Shown piece after piece: positions 8,738-23,700 of a DNA stretch of 64,000 nt. Source of the DNA: Oscillospiraceae bacterium (lineage in GTDB: Bacteria > Bacillota > Clostridia > Oscillospirales > Acutalibacteraceae); the NCBI GenBank assembly GCA_015066015.1, contig SVPE01000005.1, positions 68,533 through 132,532 on the forward strand. Reading direction: 5' to 3'. The position numbers were made by a program, and so were the translations under genes. The notes beneath the pieces are model-generated. The model saw nothing but the letters and a program-made list of their open reading frames with translations, was not told where the DNA came from and made no database searches. The stretch's first letter is position 1; each line of letters begins with the position of its first letter.

Positions 8738-11700
8738 ATGAAAGTTGGTAAAAAAGCGTTAAGTTTGCTGTTGGCCGTGATCATGATCATGTCCACAATG
8801 TCAGTATCTTTCAGCGTATTTGCAGCAACAAATACCACAGCTGACATTTACAGCGCAATCGTAATGCACTATGACAGCCTTATGGATGCCATTGACAAGG
8901 CTACAGTTGCGGATGAGTCCAAGAGGGATACATCCGGCGTTCCTGTCAAGGATGGCTCTGAATGGGTAGTCAAACGTGACACTTTAAACGGAGGTTGGCT
9001 TGCAGTCTCAAGAGCCATTGCGTCTTATGCAAAGGGCACAGTTGCCACTAATAAGACCTATGTAGACCTGGTCGAGAAGATTAAGCTCGATGCAGCAGGT
9101 TATGCAGGCTCAAACGGACATCCCGTTGCTGACTATAATGCTATTCTTGAATACTACAAGTTCGGCTCAACTGCAACAGGCACATTTGCAACTCAGGAAA
9201 CCGTTACTCTCAACATTGGTACCGGTTTTGATTTGCTTGCCTTTAAGGATGTAGCCTCCATTGTAGACAAGACATATTCAAAAGCAACATTAAAGTTCAC
9301 TCCTAAGGGTGAGCTTGCTACAGGTTATACCCTTTCAACTGCTGACGATATCAGCTTCACAACTGAAGATTTTGTTGAAGCAGGTACTGATGTAGCTGTT
9401 ATCAAGGGTGTTCTTGAGCAGTGTGTTGCCGCTGATGCATTTAAGACTTGGTTCAATGCAGGCACGCTTACCACACAGCAGCTTGCTGATATGACAAACC
9501 TTCTCGCTCTCTTTGATACAACAATGGCACTCGCAGGTCTCGGCTATACAGAAGCTGAAATCTGGGATCACTATGTTGCACCCGAAGTTGGTAAAACATA
9601 TACAGAAACAAAGGCCTGGTATGATAATGCCGGTGCACGTGCAGAGGCTGAGCCCAAGGCTGATGCTTATAAGGAACGTATCGATAACCTTATGGCAACA
9701 AGTACAACAGCAATGACAGCTGAACAGCTCCGTGATCATAAGCGAGCAGTTGAAACTGTTATTCAGGAAATGGATAACGACCAGTTCAGCGTTCTCGTTT
9801 ATCAGATCGTAAATGAGAAGGAAGCTGATTACATCGGTGCAGCAGGCCGCAAGGTAGAGACATATCTCAAAGAGCTTGGCGTTAAAGTAGGTCAGGCTTA
9901 TGCTCCGTTGTACGCTGATGAGCTTGTTGCACTTGCTACAAGTGTTGACTCACTCAAGACAAAGAACGATGTTGAACTCGCTGAAGGTCAGGCTTGGGAA
10001 GACACAGAAGAATACCGGGCAAACCTTAACTGGCTTGAAGCTGCATCAGAACTCATCAGCAATATAGACAACTATGTTCTTACAGGTGCTACCTTTGCAG
10101 ATATTGCCGAAAGCAAGACAGCTGCAGATAATGCTATCACAGAAGCTCTTTACAACAAGGTTGCATCAAAGGTTGGTGAACTCTCACTTGAAATCTACGG
10201 TTCAACATACCGTGAGGACAAGGCTGCTATGGACAGCATTATGGCAAATACCATTCTTGTAGGTCGTAGCTACAGTGCTGTTTATGAAATAGCTCAGGAG
10301 TTTATCGGCTATTATAATAAGGCTCTTTCACTTAAGAACACAGCTTCAATGCAGGCTGTGTATGAGTCCATTTATCCTGATGGACTTGATGCGTACGAAG
10401 CATATGTACATACTCTTAAGGCAGCAGCTGCAAAGGCTTACTATGATGCCATTTCAATTGTTGATACGTACATCAGTGAAGCCGGTAAGGTTGCTTACTA
10501 CAATTTTGAAGTAATCATTTCAAAGGCTAATGCTATCAGCTCATCAGACGGCACTTATTCTGTTGTAGGTGCATTCCTTGCTGATGATCCCGCATATGTT
10601 CCCGCAACAGGTGATGTAAAGCCGGAAGATATCTCTGCCCTTTACAACAAGATTTACACCTCAGGAGGCTATCTTGATAAGGCCTACGCATTCAAAACCG
10701 GACTTAATAACCTTCGTAATCTTGCATATACCAATGCAAACGAACAGGTTGTTGACAAGAAGCTCCTTGCTTACATTCTCCGTCAGGAAAACGTAACCGG
10801 TTCAGCATACGCATGGGAAAGCATGCTCGGTAACGTAAGTGTTGACAAGATACGTGAATTTGTTAACGATATCGAGCTTGTTCAGCAGACAGGTATCGAA
10901 ACAAAGAACGGTAAGATTACAGCAGGTGGTATTGAAGATCTTATGAGCCTTGCTGTTGAAGATCTTGATAAGATTCTTATTTCTAATGACCTTGGTACCC
11001 TCCTTAACTCACTTACAGCTAAAGAGAACGAAGAAACCGGTGCAACTGTAGGTTTCCTCGGTGTATGGGGATTTGACTACACATTCAAGAATCCCGAAGG
11101 CGGCACAACAACGGTTAAGGCCGGTGATCCTTGTAAGAACCTTCGCGAATTTCTCATCAACACCATCGTTGGTCTTCTTTGGGGCGGTTCTCTTCAGACA
11201 ACGCTCTTCAAGCTTCTTTCAGAAACTGTTGGTGGTGCAGTTTACAACTTTGGCGGTGCTGCATTCGATGTTGTTGTTGCTACAAAGGACGGATGGCAGT
11301 GGCTTCCTGAAATTCTTCATATGGCTATTCCAGTAATGCCTCATGACTATGTAGAAAACTGGACTAACCCCCTTACAGGTGATACAAATAAAACATATCA
11401 GCAGATAGCACAGGATTATTATGTTGACTGGTACAAATACTTTACCGGTGCGGCTTTTGGTGCAACCGGTCATGCTGAGTATGATTATACAGATATTCTT
11501 TACGTTCTTGATAAGGCTCCTATAGATAAGAAGTGTAATGATGACACTACTGAATGGAGATCTTATTGGAAGGGCTTTACATACGCTGACAACATCTCTA
11601 ATGATAACAGAACTGAATACAGACCCGGTAACGTAATTACCGAAGGCTCATCTGCAGGTCAGGCTCTTGATGCAAGATATTGGGGCGAGGCAAATGGCCA

Positions 11701-14700
11701 AAAGCAGCTCCCATTCTGTAATGACGGTGCAAACTGTACAAATGAAGATCATTACTTCGACAGTAAAAAAGCATGGCATGTTAATGACTGGGACGATTTT
11801 TACAGAACGTTTGCTGTTGCAACCTGCGGTCTTCACGTTCCTCTCGCAGAGCTTGTTACAAAGAAATCTTTGTCCCCTGGTGACAGTGAAGCTTCAAACC
11901 TTTTCGGTGAAGTAGATATTCTTGCTGTTGGTAACGGTAGAGGTCTTGACGCTACACTGCATGCATCTGAACTTGGTGATGCTCTTTACGATCGTCTCTT
12001 TATTCCTCTTTACAGACTTCTTGGTATCGAAGGATTCTACAATGTAAATACTAATCCCGGTGGTTATCACAATAAAGCCGACATCAGATCAGCTTCCGGT
12101 TCCTATGCAAAGGGTAACGGTAGGGTTTCAGTCGGTTCAATAAAAGATTCCGGTGTTACACTTTGGAAGTATGTTCTTGAACCCATTGTTTATTGGTTAG
12201 AAAATACTCTCTTTGTATCTCCCGTTAAGACAATCGCAGAGCTTCTTCCTAACCTTCTTACTATGCTTGAGTATGACCAGCTTATTCCTAAGCTGAAAAA
12301 TATTAATGTTGATATTAATGCAACAATCAAGCCTATGGGAATTACTGTTAATCTTGACGTTACAGAACTGAACCTCTCACAGATCATTATGCCTCTTCTT
12401 GAGGGACTTGGTCTTAATCAGGAGAATCTTTCAAAGGGTATAAACGGTCTTTTGGGTGTTCTTTTAGGTGGTGAGCGAGTAACAAGCAAGCCAAATATGA
12501 ACACTACGACTGATAAGTGGCTGATGCAGGTTACAAAGGTTACCGAAGAAGATGAGTTTGGTAATAAGGTAACAGTTAATAAAACCAGCGATACCGAGCC
12601 TGCTGCATGGAAATCTTCAGCTGATGGTAATACTTATTATCTTAAGAATCCCGGACTTCTGACAGCAACTCTCTATGGCCTTATGGTTCAGGAAAACGAT
12701 CCAACCACAACAGAAAACGAAACACTCAACAATGCTTTCCTTGACTGGATTTTCCTCAATGGTGGAACAAAAGCTGAGATTCCACTTCAGATTCCTGTTA
12801 ACCGCTTTATGGCTACCGGCTCACTTAAGGGCGGTGACCATCCCACAGCAGAATCGATTACAATTCCCGGTGTTTTCAGCTCTGTAACTAACTATCATAT
12901 TTATGCCGAAGCCGGTACATCAATGCTTGTACTTCTTCGTTGGCTTCTTAACGACGGCACACTTGATTCAATTATGCCGCTTCTCAACGGTCTTATTAAG
13001 CCGACTGTTGACCCCGAAACAGGCAAGGAATCAAGCATACTTGATACAATCATTCCTCTTGTTGACGGTCAGGCTGATACCCTTATGGCTATCATTATCT
13101 GTTTGCTCAATGACTATGTAATTGGTTTTGAGTCTTTCCAGGATCCCGCGCAGAATACTAATGATTGGGGTAAATGGAACGCTGAAGGTACAGAATTTAC
13201 ACCATACCTCACTGATGGTGGTGCATCACAGTTTAAGTATGGTACAGTATTCCAGAAGTACCTTTCCGAAGGTAACAAGGATGTAACTGCCAATGAGCTT
13301 GCAGCAGGTTATGGTACAGGCTTCACAGATGCAGACCTTCTTGCAAAGGCAAACCTTGCAGTTGCAAATGTTGACAAGACTATTGCTAAGCTTGTTCCCA
13401 CACTCTTCGTTGCTCTTAAGGATACACTTCTTGGTGTTGATGCTATCCGTGACCTTGGCTTCGAAGCAGTTATTGAAAAGGCAGAAAAGGCTATCGCAGA
13501 AGGTAACCTTGATGCTGTTACACTTGAAACAGTTGTTCTCGATACAGTTATCGGTAATGACCTCGTTGATATGATTATGAACCTTGTCTTCGGTAACGGT
13601 CTTCCCACAAAGGCTAAGGATGCCGCAGGTGCAGCTATTCAGGCTCACACCGACGGTGAGACTATGACCCAGACCTACACCGACGGTAAGGGCAACACAA
13701 CTACTACAACATATTACATTACAGCTGGTAGCGAATCTGCACCTCTTGCTTACGATGCAAACGGCGACGTTGAAATCGTACGCCAGGTTAAGTATGCCCT
13801 TGATGCTGACGGTAACGAAACTGACACAATCGAAGGCTTCGTAGTTAACGAGGGTCTTCTTGGCGGTCTCTTTGCTGATCCTGAAAGCATTCTTAACAAA
13901 GTTCTCGGTGCACTTGGCGACTTCAACCTTGACATTTCTCCCGCAGGCTTCTACGGGCTCTTCTCAGATACCGCTTATGAAGAGAAGACAGGCACAACCG
14001 CTGCCTTCATTAAGACTGCAGGCGCCAATACACATCTTGCTACATGGCTCAAATCACAGGCAGAGAAATTCTCAGGCAAAACTCTCAGCTCACACGCCGC
14101 TACGAAAGCAGAGCTCAAGAATATGACCTGGGGTGATATCCGTGCACCTAAGGGCACAGTATGGTTCGATGAGAACACAACAGACGTTATCGAAAAGTTC
14201 AACCGCTTTGCTGAAATGCTCTGTGACCTTCTCTATCCCCTTAACCCTGTACTTGCATTCCTTCTTTCCGGTCAGGATATTACACTCTTTGACGAACTTA
14301 AGCTCCAGGGTGAAAACGGCTATTCAAAGGGTATTGTTGCAATTCTTGAAGCTCTTATGCTTGATGCAGCTTGCATGAGCCAGAATAGCTTCGATAACTA
14401 TGTTTACACTGCAGCTATAGGCATAAGTCCGATTGGTTATAAAAATGACGCAAACGTAAATGTTGATAACCTTTCAAGCGGTACAATTATTAAGGACGGA
14501 GAAACAATTACAAAGAGATTTGCTGTTACCAAGAACTCACCTCTCAAACCCTTACTTTATGCTATCGGACAGCTTCTCTTCGGTACAAGTGACGGCACTG
14601 TTGATGGTCTTCTTGACGCTCCTCTTACTGTTCTCTTCTCACGTCTTCCCAACATTGCATACAACCTTTATCTCTTCAAGGGTGAAAACGGTAAGAACAC

Positions 14701-17700
14701 ATGTAACTTCTCAATCGCAGTTAAGAACCTTATTGCTCCCGTAACAAAGGTTCTTGAGATTGTTGACCCTGTTCTTGCAAGACTTGTTAACCTTGATATC
14801 AACGAGCTTCTTGACTCATTCCTTGATATTGAATCACTTATTAACAATCTTATTAATGGCCTTGCAGGTCTTGATGAAGGCACAGGCTCCAGTGTTGCTA
14901 TCTTCGAATTCGGTAAGCTTGCAGCTGACTCTGCAACAGTTGACCTTAACGCAACGACATACCGTCATGGCGCTTCTAAATTCACAAGATTTTACGGTGC
15001 GCCCGGTAAATTCTTCATCACACTTGTAAGAACTCTTCTTACTAAGGATGTTGTCGGCGCAATCGGCGGCCTTGTTGAAGGTATATTCAATAAGGAAGGC
15101 GAAAACAAGACTCCTGAAGAGCTTGAAGCCGACCAGCGCGTAAGAGATATCATCACAATGATAGAAAACAACCTTTGTAAGCCCGACACAGAAAACAAAC
15201 TTGCCGGCGGTGCATACATTGACTATCTTACAAGTATTATAATTGACATCTTTACAGACTATCTGCCTGAAGAAGGTGCATTCTACTTCTACGAAATCAT
15301 CAACCGTGTTGATGAAGAGCTTATTAAGCTCGAAGACCAGATTGATGCTATGTCTCTTGACAAGTACGGTATCAAGCACGACGGTTATGATTGGGCAACA
15401 AAGCCTGTTGATGAAAACGGCAACGTTCTCTTCACAGAAGCTGACGTTAACGAAACAATCGAAAACCTTGACTATGTTATCCGTAAGGCTGTTCCTGATG
15501 TCCTTTCAACTCTTCAGTCAAACGGTGTTATCGGTGGAGATCTCGTTGCATCACTTCAGGGTGACGACGGACTCTGGGGTCTTCTTAAGGGTCTTGCTCT
15601 TGACTATGCTCTTAAGGATGACGGTCTTACATGGCTTGCAAATGCTATTATCGGTCTCTTCGGTGAAGGTGGCAGTACAAGCACAACAAAGATAATTCAG
15701 CAGGCTCTCAAGGCTGCCGGATTTGATATGACCTTCGATGCATTCATGTACAAGAAGGGCGCAGACGGTAAGATTGACAAGTCACAGCCTACGGCTATCT
15801 ATGACTACTTCACTTACGGCTTCTACAAGAAAGACGGAAAACTCCAAAGCGAAACCGGTAAGATGGACTGGTATTATCTTGATGCCGACCACAACAATAA
15901 GGCAGATGATATTAACGGTGACGGTAATATCGATAAAAACGATGAAGTCGAGCTTACATTTGTTCAGATTTATAAGAACCACAGCTATGAACTTTACGAG
16001 ACTGACGATGACGGTAACCTTGTAATTGTTGACGGTCAGCCCAAGAAGAAGGCTGTTCAGATTCAGATTACTGAAGAACGCGAAGAAAAGAACGCAGAAG
16101 GCGTTATCGAAAAGGTTACCTACTACAAGTATATCGTTCTTGACGATAACGGTGAAGAAACAGCAGAAGTTATCTGGCTTAATGAATCAGGTAAGACAGA
16201 GGTTGTTGACGGTACAGTTACCAAGAAGCTTGTAGCAGATACAAAGGACAAGAAGGTTCTTGATGAAGACGGCAACGAAACAAATGTAACTGTTTATGAA
16301 ACCGCTCTTCTTTCAACAGCATATCCGCAGGTTAAGACAGCTGAAGGCTATAAGTATACCTATACAAACGCAGATGGTGAAGTAAAGGAATACTATGGTG
16401 CATATCAGCAGATGACTGTTCTTGACAGCGGTGAAGACAATGACAAGGGTGAGAACATCTACTACACCCTTAGCCCCGTATACTCTGAAGACATCGGTGA
16501 ACGTGAGTGGTCATGGGATATCGACGATATAATAGCGGGCGAATCCGAATCAAGAGACGTATTTACTCTCAGAAAGGTTAAATTCATTAACACACTCTGG
16601 GATGTTCTTGAACCCTTTGCAGTTGTATTCTCAACACTCTTTGCAGGCGATGCTCTCAGACTCTTTGATACACTCAACATCGAAGGCGGATTCGGTTATG
16701 ACGATTACCTCCTTCCCTTGATGCGTGCATTCGGTCTTGATTCTATTATCGAAATGCTCGGCGCAGAAAAACTCAGCCAGCTCCAGACAAAGGATGCCGG
16801 CGGTAATCCCATTGAGCATCTTATGACAAGAGATGAGTATATGGCAAAGGTTTACAACGCAGACGGTTCAATCAATCCTGAAGGCGTTGGCTACACAGTT
16901 AAGAATGTAGTTAACTATATCTTCTACTTCGTTGAAATCCTTTGTAACTATCCTGTTGAAACACTTGCAAACGCACTTCCCACTCTCGCATACTTCCTGT
17001 ATGCTGACGGTCTTACATCAATTCTCAACGGTGTACTTGTTCCCGTTACAACTCTTACAAACAGACTCAATGAAATCATTGACCTTGATGTAAACGCAAT
17101 CGGTGCAGGTCTCATCGACTATCTTGCAACAGGTGACTGGGCAAACTTCCAGGAATCACTTGGCGGCTTCATGTACATTGATCCCGATACAGGTAATCTT
17201 GTAACAAACGTTGATGCAAACCTTAACCTCACATATTCAATTCTTTCACTCATTACAAACCTTGAATTTGACCTTTCAGGCATTGTTGGTGAAGATGATC
17301 CTTACGAAGGAAAGTACGGTCTCGTTCTCTTCCTTAATAAGGAAAATGAGCATATGGCTAAGCAGCTTCTTAAGGATGCAGCTGAGCTCGAAAAGAACGG
17401 CGGCGCTACAGCTGAGCAGATCAAGCAGATGCGTCAGCAGGCAAGAGACTGCCGTGCAGGTACCCTCAAGGGCTTCCTTAAGTCAATTGCAGCTCTCGGT
17501 GATCCCGTAAGCGAAAAGCAAGGCTTAGCAAATGAATACATTTATAAAAACTATGCTGATTATGTATACATCTCCTCAACAGGTTCTGTACACGTAAGTA
17601 AGGCAGAAGTTCTTATGTTCCTTCTTGACTTCATCTTCGAGAACAACACTCTCAAGGAAGTTATCGGTTCACTTCTCGGCTATGATCTTACAGATGAAAA

Positions 17701-20700
17701 CACAAGCGATGCTGAGCTTCTTGATGAAATCATCACAAATGTATTCAATAATCCCAACGCACTTGTTAACCTCATCGTATCACTTCTTACAGACTATGAT
17801 GTAAAGCAGATTGTAGGAGTTGAGCTTAAGGAAATCGAAGCTGAAAATCACTTCGAATTCTATGAAGATGCAGGCTTCGATACACATGAAGAAGTTCTTG
17901 AACACAACAAGAACCTTGCAGCAGGCGAAGAAAAAGTTACAGAAATCTCACGTGTAAAGACAAGCGCAACAATTGATAACCTTGATGCACTTGTAGGTAA
18001 GATTCTTAACCTTTCAATCCTTAAGGATATGCTTGCTAAGGAAGATGATCCCGCTACCGCAGAAGATGAAAGCGGTGCATTCAATAAGCTCTTTGGCATT
18101 ACAACAGATGACACAATCACTCTCCAGGGCATTGTAGACGCTGTATTTGAGACATATCTCTATGACGATAAGGGTCTTAACAGCATTATGGATATGCTCA
18201 TTGGTCTCCTTGGCGGCGAAGGTGCATCACAGATCGTAAACATCGTTCTTGATATCCTCGCAGGCTCAGGCTATGACCTTACACCCGAAGCATTCAAGAC
18301 TAACGTTCCTCAGCTTGCTGCAACTATCGATAAGGCAGAGGATCTCAACGAAGACGGAAAGATCAGCTGGGACGAAGTTGTTAAGGCTAACTCCAAGTAT
18401 CAGTATGTTGTCAAGAACGCAGACGGCGAAGTAACTGCAACCTACTTTGCAGATGAAAAGGGCCTTACAAAGCTTGACCACGATGGCGATGCAGCTACAG
18501 AAGAAATTGATGTAATCGCTGATATGGTTCAGAAGCAGACTGAACGCAAGGTTGACAAGCAGGTAACTGACGAAACAACCGGTGAAACCTCAACCGTAAA
18601 GGTAACAGAGTACAAGTACACCTATTCAGTAAAGAATGCTGCAGGTGAGCTTGAAGATAAGGAAGTCTGGCTCGAAGAAGCAGGTAAGACTGAATGGATC
18701 GAAACTCCTGACGATCCTGAAACTGATGAAAACGAAGAAGTTAAGCATCTCGTTGAGGCTGAAATGTATGATACCGACAAGCAGAAGACTGCTGTCAAGA
18801 TCAGTGCAACATGGGGTCTCCAGACTCGTGACGATTTTGTAGACGTTCTCTGGAACTGCATTAAGCCTCTTGCTCCCATCTTTGCAGCACTCTTCTGCGA
18901 AGGCGAGCTCACTCTCTTCGACAAGATTTCAATCAAGGGCGCAGCAGGTTATGACGGCTTTGTTCTTCCTCTCATCAAGGCTCTCGGTATTCCCGCACTC
19001 CGTGCAAACAAGAATGCTGATGGTACTTGGTCAGATGATCTTACAACAGCTAACGAAAACGAAGGTGAATACTTCCTTAAGGCTGATAAGCTTGTAGACT
19101 ATGCAACCTATAAGGCAACAGTATACGGTTCAGACGGTATACTCGGCACAGGTGATGATAACGGTAAGATTATGCTTACTACAATCACAGATGCACTCTT
19201 TGCACTTGTAGATTCACTCTGTGCAAGACCTGTTAATACCCTTCTTACAATTATCCCCTACCTTGCTCACTTCATTGAAAGTGACGGCGTAGATGCAATT
19301 CTCGACAACCTCCTTGTACCTGTAACTACAATTACCGAAATGGTTAAGGATATCTATAAGATTGACCTTCTCGGTATGGTTAAGGATCTCCTCAGAGGCC
19401 TTATCAAGGATATGAACGACAAGGCAGGCGAAACATCCGACAGCACCAAGCCCGAAGATCAGGCAACAACAGGTGGTGCAGCTGCAGCATACGTTCTTAA
19501 CGTAATTGAAGAGTCAGAGGCTGACGCTGGCCAGTCCGCAGGCGAAGCAATTATTTCCGAACTTACTGATCCCGCACCTGCACTTGACCTCTCAGGTGGT
19601 GACGGTTCAAACTACAAGTTCAAGGATATCATCGTTGAACTTCTTGAAGGCGTATCAATCAACGGTACAGCTCTCAATACAATTATCGATCCCGAATTCA
19701 TCTTCCTTAACCTTGCTTCAATTGCATGGCTTCCCGGTGTGATGAAGGCTGACAACAGCGGTTGGGACAGATATCCCTCACAGAAGATCACAGTTACAAT
19801 CAATGCTGACAGACGTGGCGGTTCACACTCACTTTCAGATGCTGCAGTTTATACTGTTGACCGCGAATCAGTACTTATCAAGGTTCTCAATGATATCGTA
19901 TTCACAGACGGTATCCGTGACCTTATCGGTGACCTTATCAAGTTCGACTTCGGCAAGGATGCAATGACAACTCTTACCGAGGAAGACAGCAACTATCTTC
20001 TTACAGTTCTCCTCTACGGCGTATTTGAGGATCCCGAAGCTCTTGAGAGACTTCTCATTGACCTTCTTTCCTGGTACGAAATCGAATATGAGGACGCACG
20101 TGTTAAGAAGACAGATGTTGAAAATGCATATGACCTTGGCACAACAGAACCCATAGATTACGAAGCAGCAGGCCTTGATAAGGCTCAGATGGAAAAGCTT
20201 CCTGAAGATTTCGATAGCCTTATTGGTAAGATCGTTCCTGCAGTTATCGGCATGCTTCCCGCAGATGCTCTCGGCGATATCAAGCTCCAGGGTGCAAACC
20301 TTGAAGAAATGGTACACAACCTCCTTGCTGATCTTATGATGGATAAGGAAGTTACAAACGATGAAGGCGTTAAGGAAATGAAGTACGGCTTCGCAACTCA
20401 GCTTGTAGAGCTTCTTGTAAATCTCCTTGGCGGTAATGCAACAGTATCAATGATCGTAGGTCTTCTTCCCACAATCATTGAAGGTATGGATGTCGAGCTT
20501 AAGGACTTCAAGAAAGTAAATACAGCATTCAATACCTACTTTGCAGATTACGATACATGGGCAGAAGCATACGAAGGTCTCAAGACTATCAAGAAGTATG
20601 TTGCTCCCGACGAACCCGCAGCAGATTATGTTGCACCCGCATATGAAGAAGGCACACTCAATCTCTATGCAGTTGACGAAAACGGCAAGCCCGTTCCCGA

Positions 20701-23700
20701 ATATGCAGTTGACGAAAACGGCGCAAACATCCCCGTATATGCAAACGGCACAAAGGTAACTGACGCATGGGACAACGTATGGTACACAGCAGCCGGTACT
20801 CCCGCAAATGACGAAGAGACGGCTCTTGAAAACACCTATGTTGTTAAGACAGTTGACGGCAAGATCGTTTACAAATATCAGTATGAGCTCAAGCTCACAA
20901 ATACCAACTCCTTCGGTATTGCTACATATCAGGATGTTCTCGACCTTGTATCACAGATTCTTGCTCCCTTCGCACCCGTACTCAGATTCCTTCTTACAGA
21001 AGCTGATCTCGTAGCTCTTGACGGCGTACACCTTACCGGTGGCGACGGCTACGACAGATTCATCATACCTCTCTTCGAGATGCTCGGCGTTGATAAGTAC
21101 ATCGGCGCTCAGAAGTTCCTCAACAAGACAGACTTTGCAGCACTTGACAATGCAGCATTTACCGCAAAGGTAGTAGAATACATCGACGGTCTTATCTCAA
21201 TGGTAGTAAATACTCCCATCCAGACCATCGTTGACCTCGTTCCTGAGCTTGTATTCTTCGTATATTCAGACGGTCTTGCACAGGCAGTTGAACAGCTTGT
21301 TGCACCTCTGCTCACTCTCGTTGACATGGTTAACGACATTACAGCTAAGGAAGTTGTAATCGAAGGCAGAGACGATGCACTTGTTGCACTTGATATCGTT
21401 GCTCTTATCACAGACCTTATCAACGATAACCTTATGAAGCCCAACAACATTGCTGAAATCGACGGCTTCTACGGTGACAACGGTCTTATCACAAGACTTC
21501 TTACTGCTGAAGGTCTTGAGGCACTTCTCCAGGGTCTTCTTGACAATGCAAATGCATGGATTTATGCATACGAATACACAATTCCCAAGGATATGGTTGA
21601 AGGCGCAACAGAGGATGAAGTTGTAACTGTTTACTTCAACAGTGCTGATCTCGACGGCGCAACACACATTCCTACAAACGGTAACGGCAAGGATATGACA
21701 TTCACTCTTACTGCTGTTCCCGATAAGAATAAGACTCCCATCGATCTCGGTCTCGATAAGGACGGCGACGGCACGGCAGATGCTGCACCCATCAAAGGCA
21801 TCTTCAGATGGATCCTTGAAAAGACTTGCAAGATCGAAAAGGTTGACACAATCCGCACTTATGGTGCAGTAAACGGTAAGGTATGGGGCGTTAAGGCAAA
21901 TCGTGCAGATACACTTGTACAGATCATCTCCGAAACTCTCCTTGGCGGCGGCATGCTCACAAGCCTCCTCAACTCCTTCGGCGTTGAAATTAAGGAAGGC
22001 GACATCCTTGATACAATCCTCAAGGCACTTACCGGCGAAAACAAGTATCAGCTCTTCGTAGTTCTTCTTACATACTTCAACGAATATGACGTAGAAACCA
22101 TGCTTATGGACTACCTGTCATTCGAAAAGGTTGAATATGCTTACGAGACATATGTCGAAGGCACAAGACTTACACAGCGTAAGCTCAGAAGAGCTATCAA
22201 GAAGCTTGACGGTTCAATCCTCACAGTAGTTCCCGAGCTCATCCAGATGCTTGAAGAGGTTGAATTCATCAAGATGCTCCTTGACAAGATCGGCGGCTAT
22301 CATGGCCAGAGCCTCAAGGACCTCGTTCACGAGCTTCTCATGGCTTATGCATTCAACGATCAGACAATGAACCAGCTTATGGGTCTTCTCATCGGACTTC
22401 TCGGCGGTGAAGATCTTGCAGGCACACTCAACACAGTTCTGCCTCTCGTTAATGATATCGTTGGTATTGATATCACACCGTACGGCTTCTATGAAGCTAC
22501 AACCTCCGATGCTATTAAAGCGTATATGGAAGCTGCATTTGCAGCATTCCCGGCAGGTCCTGTTCTTGACGATAAGGGCGAGCCTGTTCTCAACGATGAC
22601 GGCACACCCAAGATGACAACAGTTAAGGATGACTTTACATGGGCAGACCTTGCTAAGTATTACACAGTATACGTATACTCATACAACGACGTCACAAAGA
22701 CAACCAAGTATGAATACACATACGAAAAGGATGGCAAGACAGAGTACTACTATGTAGACGAAGCTGTTGCAGCAGACGAAAACGGCAAGTACATCCTCAA
22801 GGATGGCGACAACGTTTATGAGCTTACTGCAACACAAGAAGTTACTAAGGACTTCTACTCATACGAAACCAACTATATGTACAGCAAGAACGCTGACCTC
22901 CACGGCACACCTGTTGAAGGCGTTGACGGCAAGACATGGTTCGGTTATGAGCAGGCAACAGATACTGAGGGTAACCTCAGTTGGGCTGACGAAGCTAAAG
23001 GTATCCCCGAAATCAAGACAGTTACAAAGACTGTAAATAAGGTTGACGCCGAAGGCAACAACATTGTTGTTGACGGTGTTATCCAGACAGAAGAAATCTC
23101 TGAGCAGGTTCGCGCAACAAGAGTTAACGCTCTTGAAGGCGATGCAGCATTCGCATGGGGCATTGATGCAAAGACCTCATACGAGGATAAGGCTGACAAG
23201 TTCATTGACATCCTTGCAGGTATCGTAGTTCCTCTTGAAGGCGTACTCAACTTCCTTCTCCGCGGCGATTCACTCTACATCCTTCCCGATGAAAAGACAG
23301 AAAACAGCGGCGTACTCGAGTTCTACGGAAACAACGGTTACGAAAATGTAATTATGCCTCTCTTCCAGGCACTCGGTGTTGACCAGGTTGGCGGCACAAT
23401 CGTATCAGCTGCAGACTATGAGGCAGGCAGAGGTACAGCTCTTACTCTTACAGCTATCACTGACGGTATCTTCTCAATCGTAGAAGCCCTCACTGACGGT
23501 CCTCTTGAGTATATCTTCACACTTCTTCCCTCACTTTCATACTTCATCAGCTGTAACGGTCCGGAAATCGTTCTCAACAACCTTCTCTCACCCGTACTTG
23601 CACTTCTCAACCTTGCAGATCCCATCGTTGGTGATCTTCTTGACGATCTCCTCGGTGCAACTCTCAGTGGCGTATTCGCTGACTATATGCCCGAAGACAT

